Position numbers and translations under genes: made by a program
The notes under the pieces: model-generated
Seen by the model: only the letters and a program-made list of their open reading frames with translations
What the model was told of the DNA's origin: nothing
The model's database searches: none
DNA from: Ginkgo biloba
Lineage: Eukaryota; Plantae; Ginkgophyta
Length of the DNA stretch: 20,603 nt
NCBI GenBank assembly: GCA_024626585.2
Contig: JANKJI020000002.1
Span: forward strand, 77,053,429 to 77,074,031
Direction of reading: 5' to 3'
Shown here: piece by piece, positions 9,786-20,075 of the stretch
Position numbering within the stretch: the first letter of the stretch is position 1
Layout: every line of letters starts with the position of its first letter

Positions 9786-11959
9786 ATTGATGTATCCTCG
9801 CTAAAAATAATTATGTAGGCAAACTATTAGTAATGCAAAAGCATTTAAAAATGTAAGAGTACTTAAATTTAACATTGTGGTATTGTTGTTTGAAATACTC
9901 AACTGCCTTCTTTAACTATGTAGGACCTTAGTCATCCCCATTCATAATAGAATCTCTACTCCAAACTCAAAAATCCAACTCTTTAGGAAAAAGGAGTAGT
10001 GCTCTTAGTAGGCATGTTAATTTTCTTTATCAACTTGATACGTTTATGAGTTACGACATGGTCCCTTTCTCTTATGTGATAACTTTTTGCCTATAACTTA
10101 AAAATCCACCAAGTCACTATCAAACACATATGAATTATTGCACACAACTTAAGACTAAACCCAATAGAATGATTCGATACCTCCACACATGCATAGGATC
10201 TATAAAATACATTCTTAACCCAATAGTAACTTAAGAGAATCAAAGATCTGGATAGAATGGAATTAAATCTATTAAAACTCAAAGAGCTCAAAGAAATTGT
10301 AACCATATACACTATATGAGAGTATACAAGTGCATGGATCCTTTTATGAGAAGACCATAGTAAAAGTAGAATCATGCTCATGCAAGAGACAAAACTCATG
10401 CAATTGTGGACTTGGTATCCATGCAAGGAGTTGTATGGTTATTAAAAATTCTAATGGTAGAGACTACACTACATATTAATAGAAAACCAATGGTAGACAA
10501 AAACTCTTTATTAATAATTATGGAAAAATAATAAAATCTCAAAAGGATATCCACAACGCCATAGCCCCTCTCATTGACTATGCCATATGACCTCATGTTA
10601 GGCCCCCTTATTAGCCTTATGGCTCATGAAGCTTTAACTTGGACTTGTTGCATGATTACCTTTTTCCATTCGAAGGGTAATGTATACTACATTCGTTGCA
10701 GTAGTGCCGTAAGATTATTAGATTTATTAGGTGGTGGTTGCATAGTGGATTCTTTTGAAGACAATATGAGTTATGTCAGGGAGTAAAGATTGAGATAGGT
10801 AAAGGAAAAAAATAAACATTTATTTCTAAAAAGTGGGAGAGGATGTATTTACTATATGGTCATATCTAATTGTGATAGAGGCTTTTGGCCTTTGCATTTG
10901 TTGAGGTGTAATTTTCCTAGTTGTTCTTCTCATGTAAAGCTACTTTTGATACTTATGCTTTGAGATTAGAGCAATAAACTTTCTTTCCTTTATATNNNNN
11001 NNNNNNNNNNCATCGTTAGTTCTTATTACATGGACTATATTTTAGTTGGCCAATTATATGACACCACCTCACTTACATGTAAACTCAATTATAAGCCACA
11101 TATAATGAAGTCTAGAATTAGATTTTTCAGACATAAAGGAATTGACCTATCAATATCAATAAAAGGTGTAATCTAAACTTTAATAAGGGTGTATCAAGGC
11201 ACAAATACATATATCTTACTTATATTTTAAGAACTATACTTCCTTGAGGAGATAAAGGAATGAGAAGAAATATCAAGCTCAGATCAATGCATCTAATGAG
11301 CCAATAAACACATTAATCAATTAAGGTGGAGACTACTTTTAATACATACATTAACTAGGGTAACATAAATAGGTTGAGTCAANNNNNNNNNNNNNNNNNN
11401 NNNNNNNNNNNNNNNNNNNNNNNNNNNNNNNNNNNNNNNNNNNNNNNNNNNNNNNNNNNNNNNNNNNNNNNNNNNNNNNNNNCTATATTATTTGGTAGTT
11501 GCCCACTTAGGGCACTTCAGTATGCTTGATAATTGACCCCTCAGTATTTTGTACATCGGTTGCAACATATCTCGATCGCAAGAGATTCACATAAAATATA
11601 ATGTTGTTATCAAATATGAGACATGTTATTATTAAAGACAAAATAGATTAGAGTGCTTAACCCTTTAACCAAGAGTCTTCCATTTACGTAAACATGAATT
11701 GAAAAGTGAAATATAGTTGGCTTCAGTTTGACAAAATTCATAGTTCTCTTTTATCTTGTCAACTTTTTGATATTGAATGAAAGAGATACTCTATGATATT
11801 AGAACATGAGTTAAGAGATTGGCAACACAACACCTTAATAATTTCTCTCTTCAATAAACATGAGCATTAACAAACATATATGTTAAGTGAAGGATCCATC
11901 ATAAAAGGTCTTTTAGACCTTAATTGCTAGTTTTAAAGTATATTACGTGGATTAGGGTC

Positions 11960-12400
11960 ATATGTATATAGAGATTCATCATCACCTTATATGAGGCAAA
12001 TAATTTCTTCTCTTAAATCTCCCTAATAATAGTAATCTTGGTATATACTAAGAAATACTTTCTTCATATCTTTCTAATATTTAATAGATCCCTCAGGAAG
12101 ACCCATAAACCATTTAAGAGTGAAACTTTTTAGAGTGATTGGGAATAATTTCAATTTATGTTCATCAGTTAAATAATCATAACTATAACACAGGATATCA
12201 AATTTAAATAAAAAGGCATTTGCATCTTTATTTGTCTTATCGAGGAACATAAGTAGAGCATTATAGGATATGTTCTTCATTGGATTCAACTTGGTATCAC
12301 CTCTAAATTCAATAGGAAATCCAATAGTGCCATATTCAATCTCACCTTTTGGTGCTGCCATCTCTATTTTTATTTTTGGTTCCTTTGTACAACAATGTGG
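11960..12400 (-). pseudogene. Ty3/gypsy-type retrotransposon gag fragment
   Basis: ORF 12074-12493 contains MKNISYNALLMFLDKTNKDANAFLFKFDILCYSYDYLTDEHKLKLFPITLKSFTLKWFMGL. Reading through the TAG in the same frame gives *KDMKKVFLSIYQDYYY*GDLREEIICLI*GDDESL. This fits Retrotrans_gag (KLFPxTLKxxAxxWF...WxxMKxxFL...QxxxESL). Confidence 0.85.
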
Positions 12401-14198
12401 GGAGCTTATAACTACCCAAGTTTTATTAAATTCTTTAGATCTCTTCTCCCTTTCTTTGAGGTATTTCTCGTCCACACTTGATCTCAAACTCAAATATTCA
12501 AAACTTCTCTTTCGCTCAACCTAAGATTTGGAGGGAACTTCCAAAGGTCTATCTTATCTTTTGAGATCTCTTAAATTATCAAAAATGTTTTTCATTTGGT
12601 CTGTAGATGTTGTGGNNNNNNNNNNNNNNNNNNNNNNNNNNNNNNNNNNNNNNNNNNNNNNNNNNNNNNNNNNNNNNNNNNNNNNNNNNNNNNNNNNNNN
12701 NNNNNNNNNNNNNNNNNNNNNNNNNNNNNNNNNNNNNNNNNNNNNNNNNNNNNNNNNNNNNNNNNNNNNNNNNNNNNNNNNNNNNNNNNNNNNNNNNNNN
12801 NNNNNNNNNNNNNNNNNNNNNNNNNNNNNNNNNNNNNNNNNNNNNNNNNNNNNNNNNNNNNNNNNNNNNNNNNNNNNNNNNNNNNNNNNNNNNNNNNNNN
12901 NNNNNNNNNNNNNNNNNNNNNNNNNNNNNNNNNNNNNNNNNNNNNNNNNNNNNNNNNNNNNNNNNNNNNNNNNNNNNNNNNNNNNNNNNNNNNNNNNNNN
13001 NNNNNNNNNNNNNNNNNNNNNNNNNNNNNNNNNNNNNNNNNNNNNNNNNNNNNNNNNNNNNNNNNNNNNNNNNNNNNNNNNNNNNNTTAATCTCCCACAT
13101 TTCTTTCACTCTCTCTTATTCTCTTAATGGTGTATTTTTACCCTAGAACTTGAACACAAGGAATTCATATTTTTTCTTTGTTCCATATGTTTCAAAATTA
13201 ATTATCCATTATAATCATAACACTTTATCTATACATCCCACTTTTGTACATATAAGGAATCCTTAAGTGTGTAACTACAGAATTTTAACTCTACATTTTG
13301 AACTAACCATTCACACATGATTTTCATATGCCTCAGCATACTTATAGGGAAGCTTTTATTTGTGTCCATATAAATACCTTTTTTTTTTATTTTCCTCTTA
13401 TTTAGGATGTTCNNNNNNNNNNNNNNNNNNNNNNNNNNNNNNNNNNNNNNNNNNNNNNNNNNNNNNNNNNNNNNNNNNNNNNNNNNNNNNNNNNNTCTTG
13501 AACATATGGAGTTGTCCTAATCCTATCATACCTTCAAATGAGATTTATGATTCTCTAGTTTCCATCATCATTATTAGTTTATGTTAATTATTCTTCCTAT
13601 CTGTTCATAATTACTTTATTTTTTATTTCACTATTTGATTCTCTTTGAACCACTATCATTAGTAGTTTCTTTTGGTTTCATTTGTTCTCACATGACTATG
13701 GTTCTTTAAAGTGGTAGCATACCCTTCCTTTTATTTCTTTGTTATTTTCCTATGGATAATTAGTTTTTATTATTTTTTATTGTTCTATATTCCATCCATA
13801 TTTCTCATTACGTAAGGTTGTTCTCTTATTTGGAATTATATCTATTAAAAAATTTAGTGACTTTCATCTACTTGGTGTGCATAAAATATTATCTTTTAAA
13901 GGATTCTTGGTGCTAAAATTTTTATATCCTCCCTTAATTTCATCATTAATTTTGTTATATAAAATTCTCGCACTGAGCCAGTACAATTCTTTTAGTTTCA
14001 TACTGTGTTTATTTTGTGTTGTGATGTTTATCCACCCTTATCCCTGACTTGAATTTTTTGTCCCACCTTAAGTTCTGTAGCAGAAATGATAGATGTCTTT
14101 GTTTTTGTAGCAAGAGTTTTGTTGTCTGAATTCAGTTGAACCCATATTGACATGGTATGATGTTGACAGCATTCAGGTGTTTATGAGTACCAGCAAGC

Positions 14199-16513
14199 AT
14201 GCCAAAACATATGTCATTAGGTAGATCGTCAAGAAGATCTTTTGCTAAGGGAAAGTGCAAAATTGAGACTGCCATTTCGGAGCTTTCCCTTGCAACAGTG
14301 TGTTCTTCTGCAGAACTCCCAGATTTTGTTGATGAATCTGCGGCAAAGGAATCCTCCACTTCATTGTCATCATCTTTGATACCTGACCGCCCTTCTTTGC
14401 CCAAACAAGGTCCTTGTCTATCTTGCTGCCCTTCATGTTGTTATCCTCTTTTGGAGACCTCCATTGAATCAAATTCAACCTTGGGCAATGTAGCAAAGGA
14501 TGTTGCTTCTGCTGCACCTTCGTCCTTGGATCAACAGAGCAGTACAGATCGTGTTAAGGATTGTAGTTTGCAAATTCAAGAATTGGCGCTGCAGCATGTT
14601 CTTTTGGAGTATGTCAAAGGCTTACAAGACGCAAACAAGGCTAGAGATGCTGACACTGCAGAGAGGTTGCTTCAGGAGCTTGGTGAGTGTCTCAATTCTT
14701 TATCCGCTGCCTCAACTGTTGTATCCGCTGGTGGAGCACGTGCAGTTGCTTCTACTTTAAAGCTATTTAGATTTCAGTCTCTGCAAAAGCCTTACAGGGA
14801 TGCAATGAAAGACAGACAGTCTGGTTGCTCTAAAAACACATCCAGTGCTGGAGCAGCTGGTTTAAAATTAGTAGAAGAAACAAAACCTTCTCTTGCACTG
14901 GAGTCACGGCCGAGGAACACTTGTACCGTCAATAAATGTGTGAAAATTGTTAATACTGCTATGCTGTTCCCCAATTCAGAAGTTATGCCCACACCAGGCA
15001 GTGTTGCTGCAGAAGTTGGAAGAAAGAGGCAAAGGACTGTAGAAGACCTCGATGGGGAGGATCTTTTGGAGGATGAAGAAGTATGTCTCGATACAAATGA
15101 TTGTGAGCTCTCTGTATCGACTGAGGCTTTTGGACCCTTTTTAAGTTCCTATTGTGCACATCCAGAGATTATGGATAAGGCTCAGGATAAAGTGCTGGAT
15201 ATATATCATGCTGAGGCATCAAGGGAAAGTAGTTTAAAAAAGGTGGAGCAATTTGGAACTGGGAAGCATGTCATCAACCCTGGGAGTAGATTGGATGCTA
15301 TGTCTGGTACTTCAGAGAAGTCTGCCACAGTAAAATGTGATAGTAAGAAGGCTGGCGGTTTTACAGAAGACCTATGTAGTTTTTCCTTAGAGCTTGCAAA
15401 TGGAGGTAATCTGGTTTCAGGGCAGTGCCAGAGTGACCTTTCTCTGGATGGGTCAGTGGTCTCTGTCAATGATGGGTCTAGATTTATTATTGGAAGTTTA
15501 GAGACATCCTCGTTAAGTGATAAAATGACAACTGATGCATTTGATGAACCTTGCACAACAGCCACATCAAATCCAAAGACACTGGAGCAGAAGTTTAATT
15601 CCAGTGGAAGAGCAGATGAATTAGCCGATATAGATAGTTGCAATGTAGGAGGATCAAGGGGGAATGGGGAATGTCAAAAGCATTGTAAACAGGTCAAAGA
15701 AAGGGAATACACAGTGGAAAATGATCTGGAAGAGAGGTTTTCTAAGAAGATGGCCAGGGAAAGTTGCAGTGAAGGAAAAAAGAATATTAATACAGTTGAG
15801 AAGATATCTGAGGAATCCAATGTATCATCTTCCACCAAGGAGGCAGGTCTTGCAGATGTTGCATCTGCAGGCTGCTTTGTCCTCGAGAGATTGCTTCGTG
15901 TAGTTTTACAAGGCANNNNNNNNNNNNNNNNNNNNNNNNNNNNNNNNNNNNNNNNNNNNNNNNNNNNNNNNNNNNNNNNNNNNNNNNNNNNNNNNNNNNN
16001 NNNGCTTTAACAGAAGCCTTTGTTGAGATTCTGCAGCCCCTGAAAGATATTGTTTCGATGCTTGTTTGGTGCTTGGACTGTTTGGGTAATATTTTGCCTC
16101 CTTGCACAAGCGAGACTTGCATGGGTTACTCTTCAGTTCAAAATGCATTGGCTTCATGCCTAGCGAGTAAGGAACTTCGACAGAAGCCTGTAACACACAG
16201 TGAGGAGTGTNNNNNNNNNNNNNNNNNNNNNNNNNNNNNNNNNNNNNNNNNNNNNNNNNNNNNNNNNNNNNNNNNNNNNNNNNNNNTTTTTCTGGTGCCG
16301 TTACCTCTGGCACTGCTAAGTCTCAGGCTTGTGCAGTGGGCTTGGGCAACCAATTATGCAATGAAATTGGGACGGAATCTGCTGCTAGCTCAATTTCTGC
16401 TCTGGCAGCTGTTGCCTACTCTGCAACTGTACCCATGCTGGCAGAGAAGGCCGTTAAGGGCATATTAGAAGTTCTTCATCCTCGCGACATTGAGCCTCAG
16501 TTGACAATCACAG
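14199..16513 (+). CDS. Host gene, large coding exon (probably the first coding exon): armadillo/ARM-like repeat protein with long Ser/Glu-rich insertions
   Basis: A 572-codon stop-free frame runs from ATG 14199 to the gap, with an in-frame TGA 15 nt upstream and a candidate acceptor TTCAG at 14172-14176. Coding-like open frames resume after each N gap (16004-16210 ALTEAFVEIL...; 16288-16513 FSGAV...QLTIT). The donor is AG/GTTTAT at 16513/16514. Composition is richer in GC than the flanks. ARM-like helices: VVSAGGARAVASTLKLF, ADVASAGCFVLERLL, AVKGILEVL. A small intron inside either gap cannot be excluded. Confidence 0.8.
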
Positions 16514-16774
16514 GTTTATAAATTTCTAATTTTATGTCTGTAATTGAACTCACTAAGATGTAGCTGCTGTTCTTTATACCGGATAATTTTGTATGGAAGT
16601 GCTCATCCAATGAATGCTTTTCTGTAATTTAGAAGATGCATTATGTCTGGGATAGTGTACAAATAATGAGTTCATGCAATATTGCAGGTGATTTGTTTTG
16701 TGCATCAGTGGATTTGCCTCCCATTTTTCTTTTCTCGTAATTCTACCTGATAAATGTGTTGTTCTTTTTCCCAG

Positions 16775-17013
16775 CAGCGTTGCGTGCACTTTCCGCACAC
16801 CTTTCTTCAACGACTTCCAAATCTCTATGTGATGATGCTTTTGCATTTATAATCACGGCTATGAAAGAATTTGTTAGCAATGCTGAGATACAGATTGAAG
16901 GATTTACTGCTATTACTTCTCTTATTAGGGCACTGAACTCTGCTACGAGCCATACTGCATGGGTTGCTGTTACCACATCTATGGATCATCATCAATCCAA
17001 TCTTGTAGTGCAG
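16775..17013 (+). CDS. Host gene, next exon: LRRK2/ARMC6-type armadillo repeats
   Basis: A branch-like CTGAT (16746), a polypyrimidine tract and a CAG/CAG acceptor join in phase 1 with the 16513 donor to give QLTIT-A(A)LRALSAHL. The exon encodes IITAMKEFVSNAEIQIEGFTAITSL and VTTSMDHHQSNLVVQ (AMxx[HF]xxxxx[VI]Q signature). The donor is CAG/GTATTC at 17013/17014, phase 0. No stop is reached, so the gene continues beyond the window. Confidence 0.85.
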
Positions 17014-17588
17014 GTATTCTTTTGCCCGAACAAATTCCATTTCTGTCGAAACTTTTCTCTTTGGTATAGATAGATCTATCTATTCTGATGTTGAGGAATA
17101 ACTAAATAACTCTTGTTGGAAACTATAATGGATGTGTTTTCCTGCTGGTATCTGGTATTCATATTTAATACTCACTACTAACCAGAAGAATAGTTTCTAA
17201 GTGATAAAGCAGGCAGAAAGCATAACGGGGATTGAATGAATAGTGATCAAACACAAGTGTATTCTCCTTTTCTTGAAGTTCACATGTTCTATCTCGAAGG
17301 CTGATTGTATAGTTTATCTAGACCTTGGGGTCAAGAAGCGCTTGGTTTTCACCCCTGAAGTTGTGAGCGACTGTTCTTCTGTAGTCATTACTTTGCAATC
17401 CCTTAGGTGTCTTTGTCTCCCTGCATTCCTAAATGTGATGGTTTCCTTGTTGTGTTTCTCCTGAGGAATGCATGGACAAGTCACCCCTNNNNNNNNNNNN
17501 NNNNNNNNNNNNNNNNNNNNNNNNNNNNNNNNNNNNNNNNNNNNNNNNNNNNNNNNNNNNNNNNNNNNNNNNNNNNNNNNNNNNNNNN

Positions 17589-18553
17589 GCAGAATAAAGC
17601 CACTTTTGCCAACTTTGAATCTCAAAAACATACAAAAGTATACTTTTTGCACAATTTGGGATTCCAAAAGTCAGAAATTGGAAAGGCATGGGATTTGGAG
17701 AATACTGGGAAAATCAACTCAATTGGAAGTGAGTTTGGGTATTTTGTGACAACATGTCTATTGGGAGTGATTCACCTAAAAATCAAAGGAGCCCATTCCC
17801 CTCTAAGGACCACATTCNNNNNNNNNNNNNNNNNNNNNNNNNNNNNGATGATGTACCAAGAACTTTTAGAACAACATGCTTCCAATTAATTTCCTTAGTT
17901 GGATTTGGGATGAGCTTTAGAGACAAGTTGTTCTGTTCAAGAAGGAAATCTATCCATTTTCAACACTTCAGACAAGAATCTATCTTTATTGATTTGTTAT
18001 CTCTAGTAGCACTTTTACGATTCTAGTCTTCATTCATGAGTTTTGTTATTGTAGTAGTCGGGTGCATTTTTTGTGGGCTAAACACGAGATTAGATTTGTT
18101 GTACAATTATCTCATTATTGAGTGGCGTTAAGACATAAGTTGGGTTTCTATACTTGGTGTACAGTACTCAAATTTTGTATTGAGTTTGTGTTAGTTGTTG
18201 CTCGTTATCGTTGGCTATTGTAGGATTGTGAGATTTGTGGGAAAATTGATTTATGGCCATTATTACCTATGGTATTTAATATTATATGTTGCTATTAGGA
18301 ATTGCTTAGGCTATCTTGTACTCCTCATTCCAAGTCCAACATAAATAAAAACACCTTGGTGTTAGTTATTCAATTGCTTAGTTTAGATCCATTATATTTT
18401 GTTTCTTTATATTTTCCTTGTAAGAGATATAAGCTATTAGTCCTGATATTTTAAAAGAGAATTGAAATTTTGGGCAAGTGTAGGTTATTGGTTCTTGTAG
18501 TACTTCAGTTATTTCTCAGGATTTTACTAAAACATTTAGGCGGGCTTGTAACA
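17589..18553 (+). mobile_element. 5' LTR (left edge probably in the gap) of an intronic LTR retrotransposon
   Basis: Ends ...GCTTGTAACA at 18553, immediately before a PBS. Its last ~110 bp are homologous to 19430-19544. The left boundary is not visible. Confidence 0.6.
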
Positions 18554-18554
18554 G

Positions 18555-18566
18555 TGGTATCTGAGC
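18555..18566 (+). mobile_element. tRNA-iMet primer-binding site
   Basis: TGGTATCTGAGC, 11/12 match to TGGTATCAGAGC, 1 nt after an LTR-type TAACA end. Confidence 0.85.
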
Positions 18567-18918
18567 AAGAAGGATTTAATGGTATCTACAATGATTTCGA
18601 GGAAGTAATCAGAGGATAATCAAATGTTGAGTGGATGATTGGCACATTAAAGCACATGATTAACATATCGAGAGGGAGCAACATGTGAAGCCTTGCATCC
18701 AAAGAAATAAAGTTGACGGCAAAACAAAGAAAGAGTCACCAGTTGTTGAGCTAGAGGCTTCAAAAGAGTTTAATAACCACGGTAATCAATCTCATTTGGT
18801 GAAAATAAACATGAGCCTAATTTTAAAACAGATGTTAGGAAAGACTGAATTAAGGACTGGAGTCAAAAAGAGAGATTGGAGAAGATTGAGGAACACTAGG
18901 TAGTAAAGATCTATCACC

Positions 18919-19329
18919 ATACAAGAGTTTTATGGTAAAGGAATGAGTGAAGAACTTAAAGGTTTGGATCCAAAGTCTAGAAAACAACTATAAAGCATTT
19001 GAAATGGAACTAACAAACAAGATGTTTGTGAGTAGATTTGTGTTGAAGGGCAAAGCACATATTTGGTAGAGTGGAATTACAAGACTAGTACAACAACATT
19101 TGAGGAAGCCAATTGAATCATGCAAAGCAACTGAAACCCCTCATGACCATCAAGTATGTCTCTCGTTATGATGGGTCATACAATAGATGATCTCTCAACG
19201 TTGGTTTAGTGAAAGAAAACAAGTTCAATTTTGCACTATAGCTAAAGGATAGAAGCTTTCTATGCAAGGGTCCCATAATTGCATTTATGACATCAAGCAC
19301 ATCATTTCATTCAAGGACTGAAGCCATTA
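18919..19329 (+). pseudogene. Ty3/gypsy-type gag fragment (degenerate)
   Basis: IQEFYGKGMSEELK /+1 shift/ VWIQSLENNYKAFEMELTNKMFVSRFVLKGKAHIW* (LxGxAxxWW motif), and later ...RIEAFYARVP*...HHFIQGLKP (FIxGLKP motif), running into the gap. Confidence 0.75.
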
Positions 19330-19429
19330 NNNNNNNNNNNNNNNNNNNNNNNNNNNNNNNNNNNNNNNNNNNNNNNNNNNNNNNNNNNNNNNNNNNNNNN
19401 NNNNNNNNNNNNNNNNNNNNNNNNNNNNN

Positions 19430-19544
19430 CAAGATATTTCAAAAAAATGGGAACTTTGGGCAAGTGTACGTTACGGGTCCTTGTAGTACTCATTATTTTT
19501 TAGGATCATACAAAATTAAAAGAAAATTGGGCAGTGTCCTAACA
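19430..19544 (+). mobile_element. 3' end of a second, related LTR copy
   Basis: Shares TTTGGGCAAGTGTA (19455 vs 18469), CTTGTAGTACT (19480 vs 18494) and TTATTT..AGGAT with the first LTR. It ends in CCTAACA exactly where the hAT similarity begins. Confidence 0.75.
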
Positions 19545-19927
19545 ACAATGAAGGGTGCATCCTTCAACTCCTCATTGTAATCAACAACACTAAAAAACAT
19601 GGAACCCTTAAGTGAAACTGCGATCATGTTGATTAATGGTCTATTTCTTATATCAGTCCACCCATCTGAAACAATAGACATACTTGTTGATTGCCAAAAA
19701 GATTTGATTGGTTCCACAACTTACTCCACAAGAGGCCTTTCCTTTACAAGCAATGCTGTGTGGACCTTTTCCAAAAAGGGTCTTGAATATCCCTTGGGTC
19801 CATCATCTATGGCCCTCATCATATCTTGTTAGTAAAGTGAGCGGACCACATTGAATGTTATGCTGCATGTATACATGCATCTTGCAACATAATTATTAAA
19901 TTCATCTTGTTGAAATATTGTCATCAA
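19545..19927 (-). pseudogene. hAT-superfamily transposase fragment (DUF659-type)
   Basis: Single-frame minus translation: VARCMYTCSITFNVVRSLY*QDMMRAIDDGPKGYSRPFLEKVHTALLVKERPLVE*VVEPIKSFWQSTSMSIVSDGWTDIRNRPLINMIAVSLKGSMFFSVVDYNEELKDAPFI. It carries the hallmark SIxSDGWTDxRxRxLIN motif and two in-frame stops. Confidence 0.9.
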
Positions 19928-20075
19928 GACTCATATATCGAAATTAACAATTTTGAAATTTTTTTATTTTTTATGAATTTTTGATGTATGGGGAAAATTT
20001 TCTGTTTTGGAAAAAAATTCTATTTTTGGAAATAACTATTTTTTCGGAGAAGTTTTTTCTCGTAGGTTAGGGTTT

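Noticed and set aside
10545-10575. Possible PPT plus LTR start (GAGAGGGG...GTTGTGGA, minus strand)
   Set aside because: It lacks the TG terminus and no matching LTR copy can be confirmed.
12528-13146. Long ORFs of 143-199 aa here and at 9240-9790
   Set aside because: Artefacts of N runs translated as X.
13088-13600. Possible copia gag/zinc-knuckle remnant on the minus strand (KCYDYNG, MIGLG)
   Set aside because: The motifs are too short and degenerate to support a call.
14132-15643. Antisense and alternate-frame ORFs (14132-14404, 14245-14517, 14500-14760, 14792-14992, 15206-15643)
   Set aside because: Shadow ORFs of the long coding exon with no recognisable motifs.
15916-16286. Frameshifts suggesting the host gene is a pseudogene
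   Set aside because: Both frame changes occur inside N gaps (88 and 76 N). Each is fixed by adding 1 nt, consistent with gap-size estimation error. No stop occurs in the sequenced coding frame.
17243-17464. Possible further exon of the ARM gene
   Set aside because: The best acceptor (TCTAG, 17321) gives an early stop in phase 0. The alternative (GAAG, 17299) is weak and does not continue the ARM pattern.
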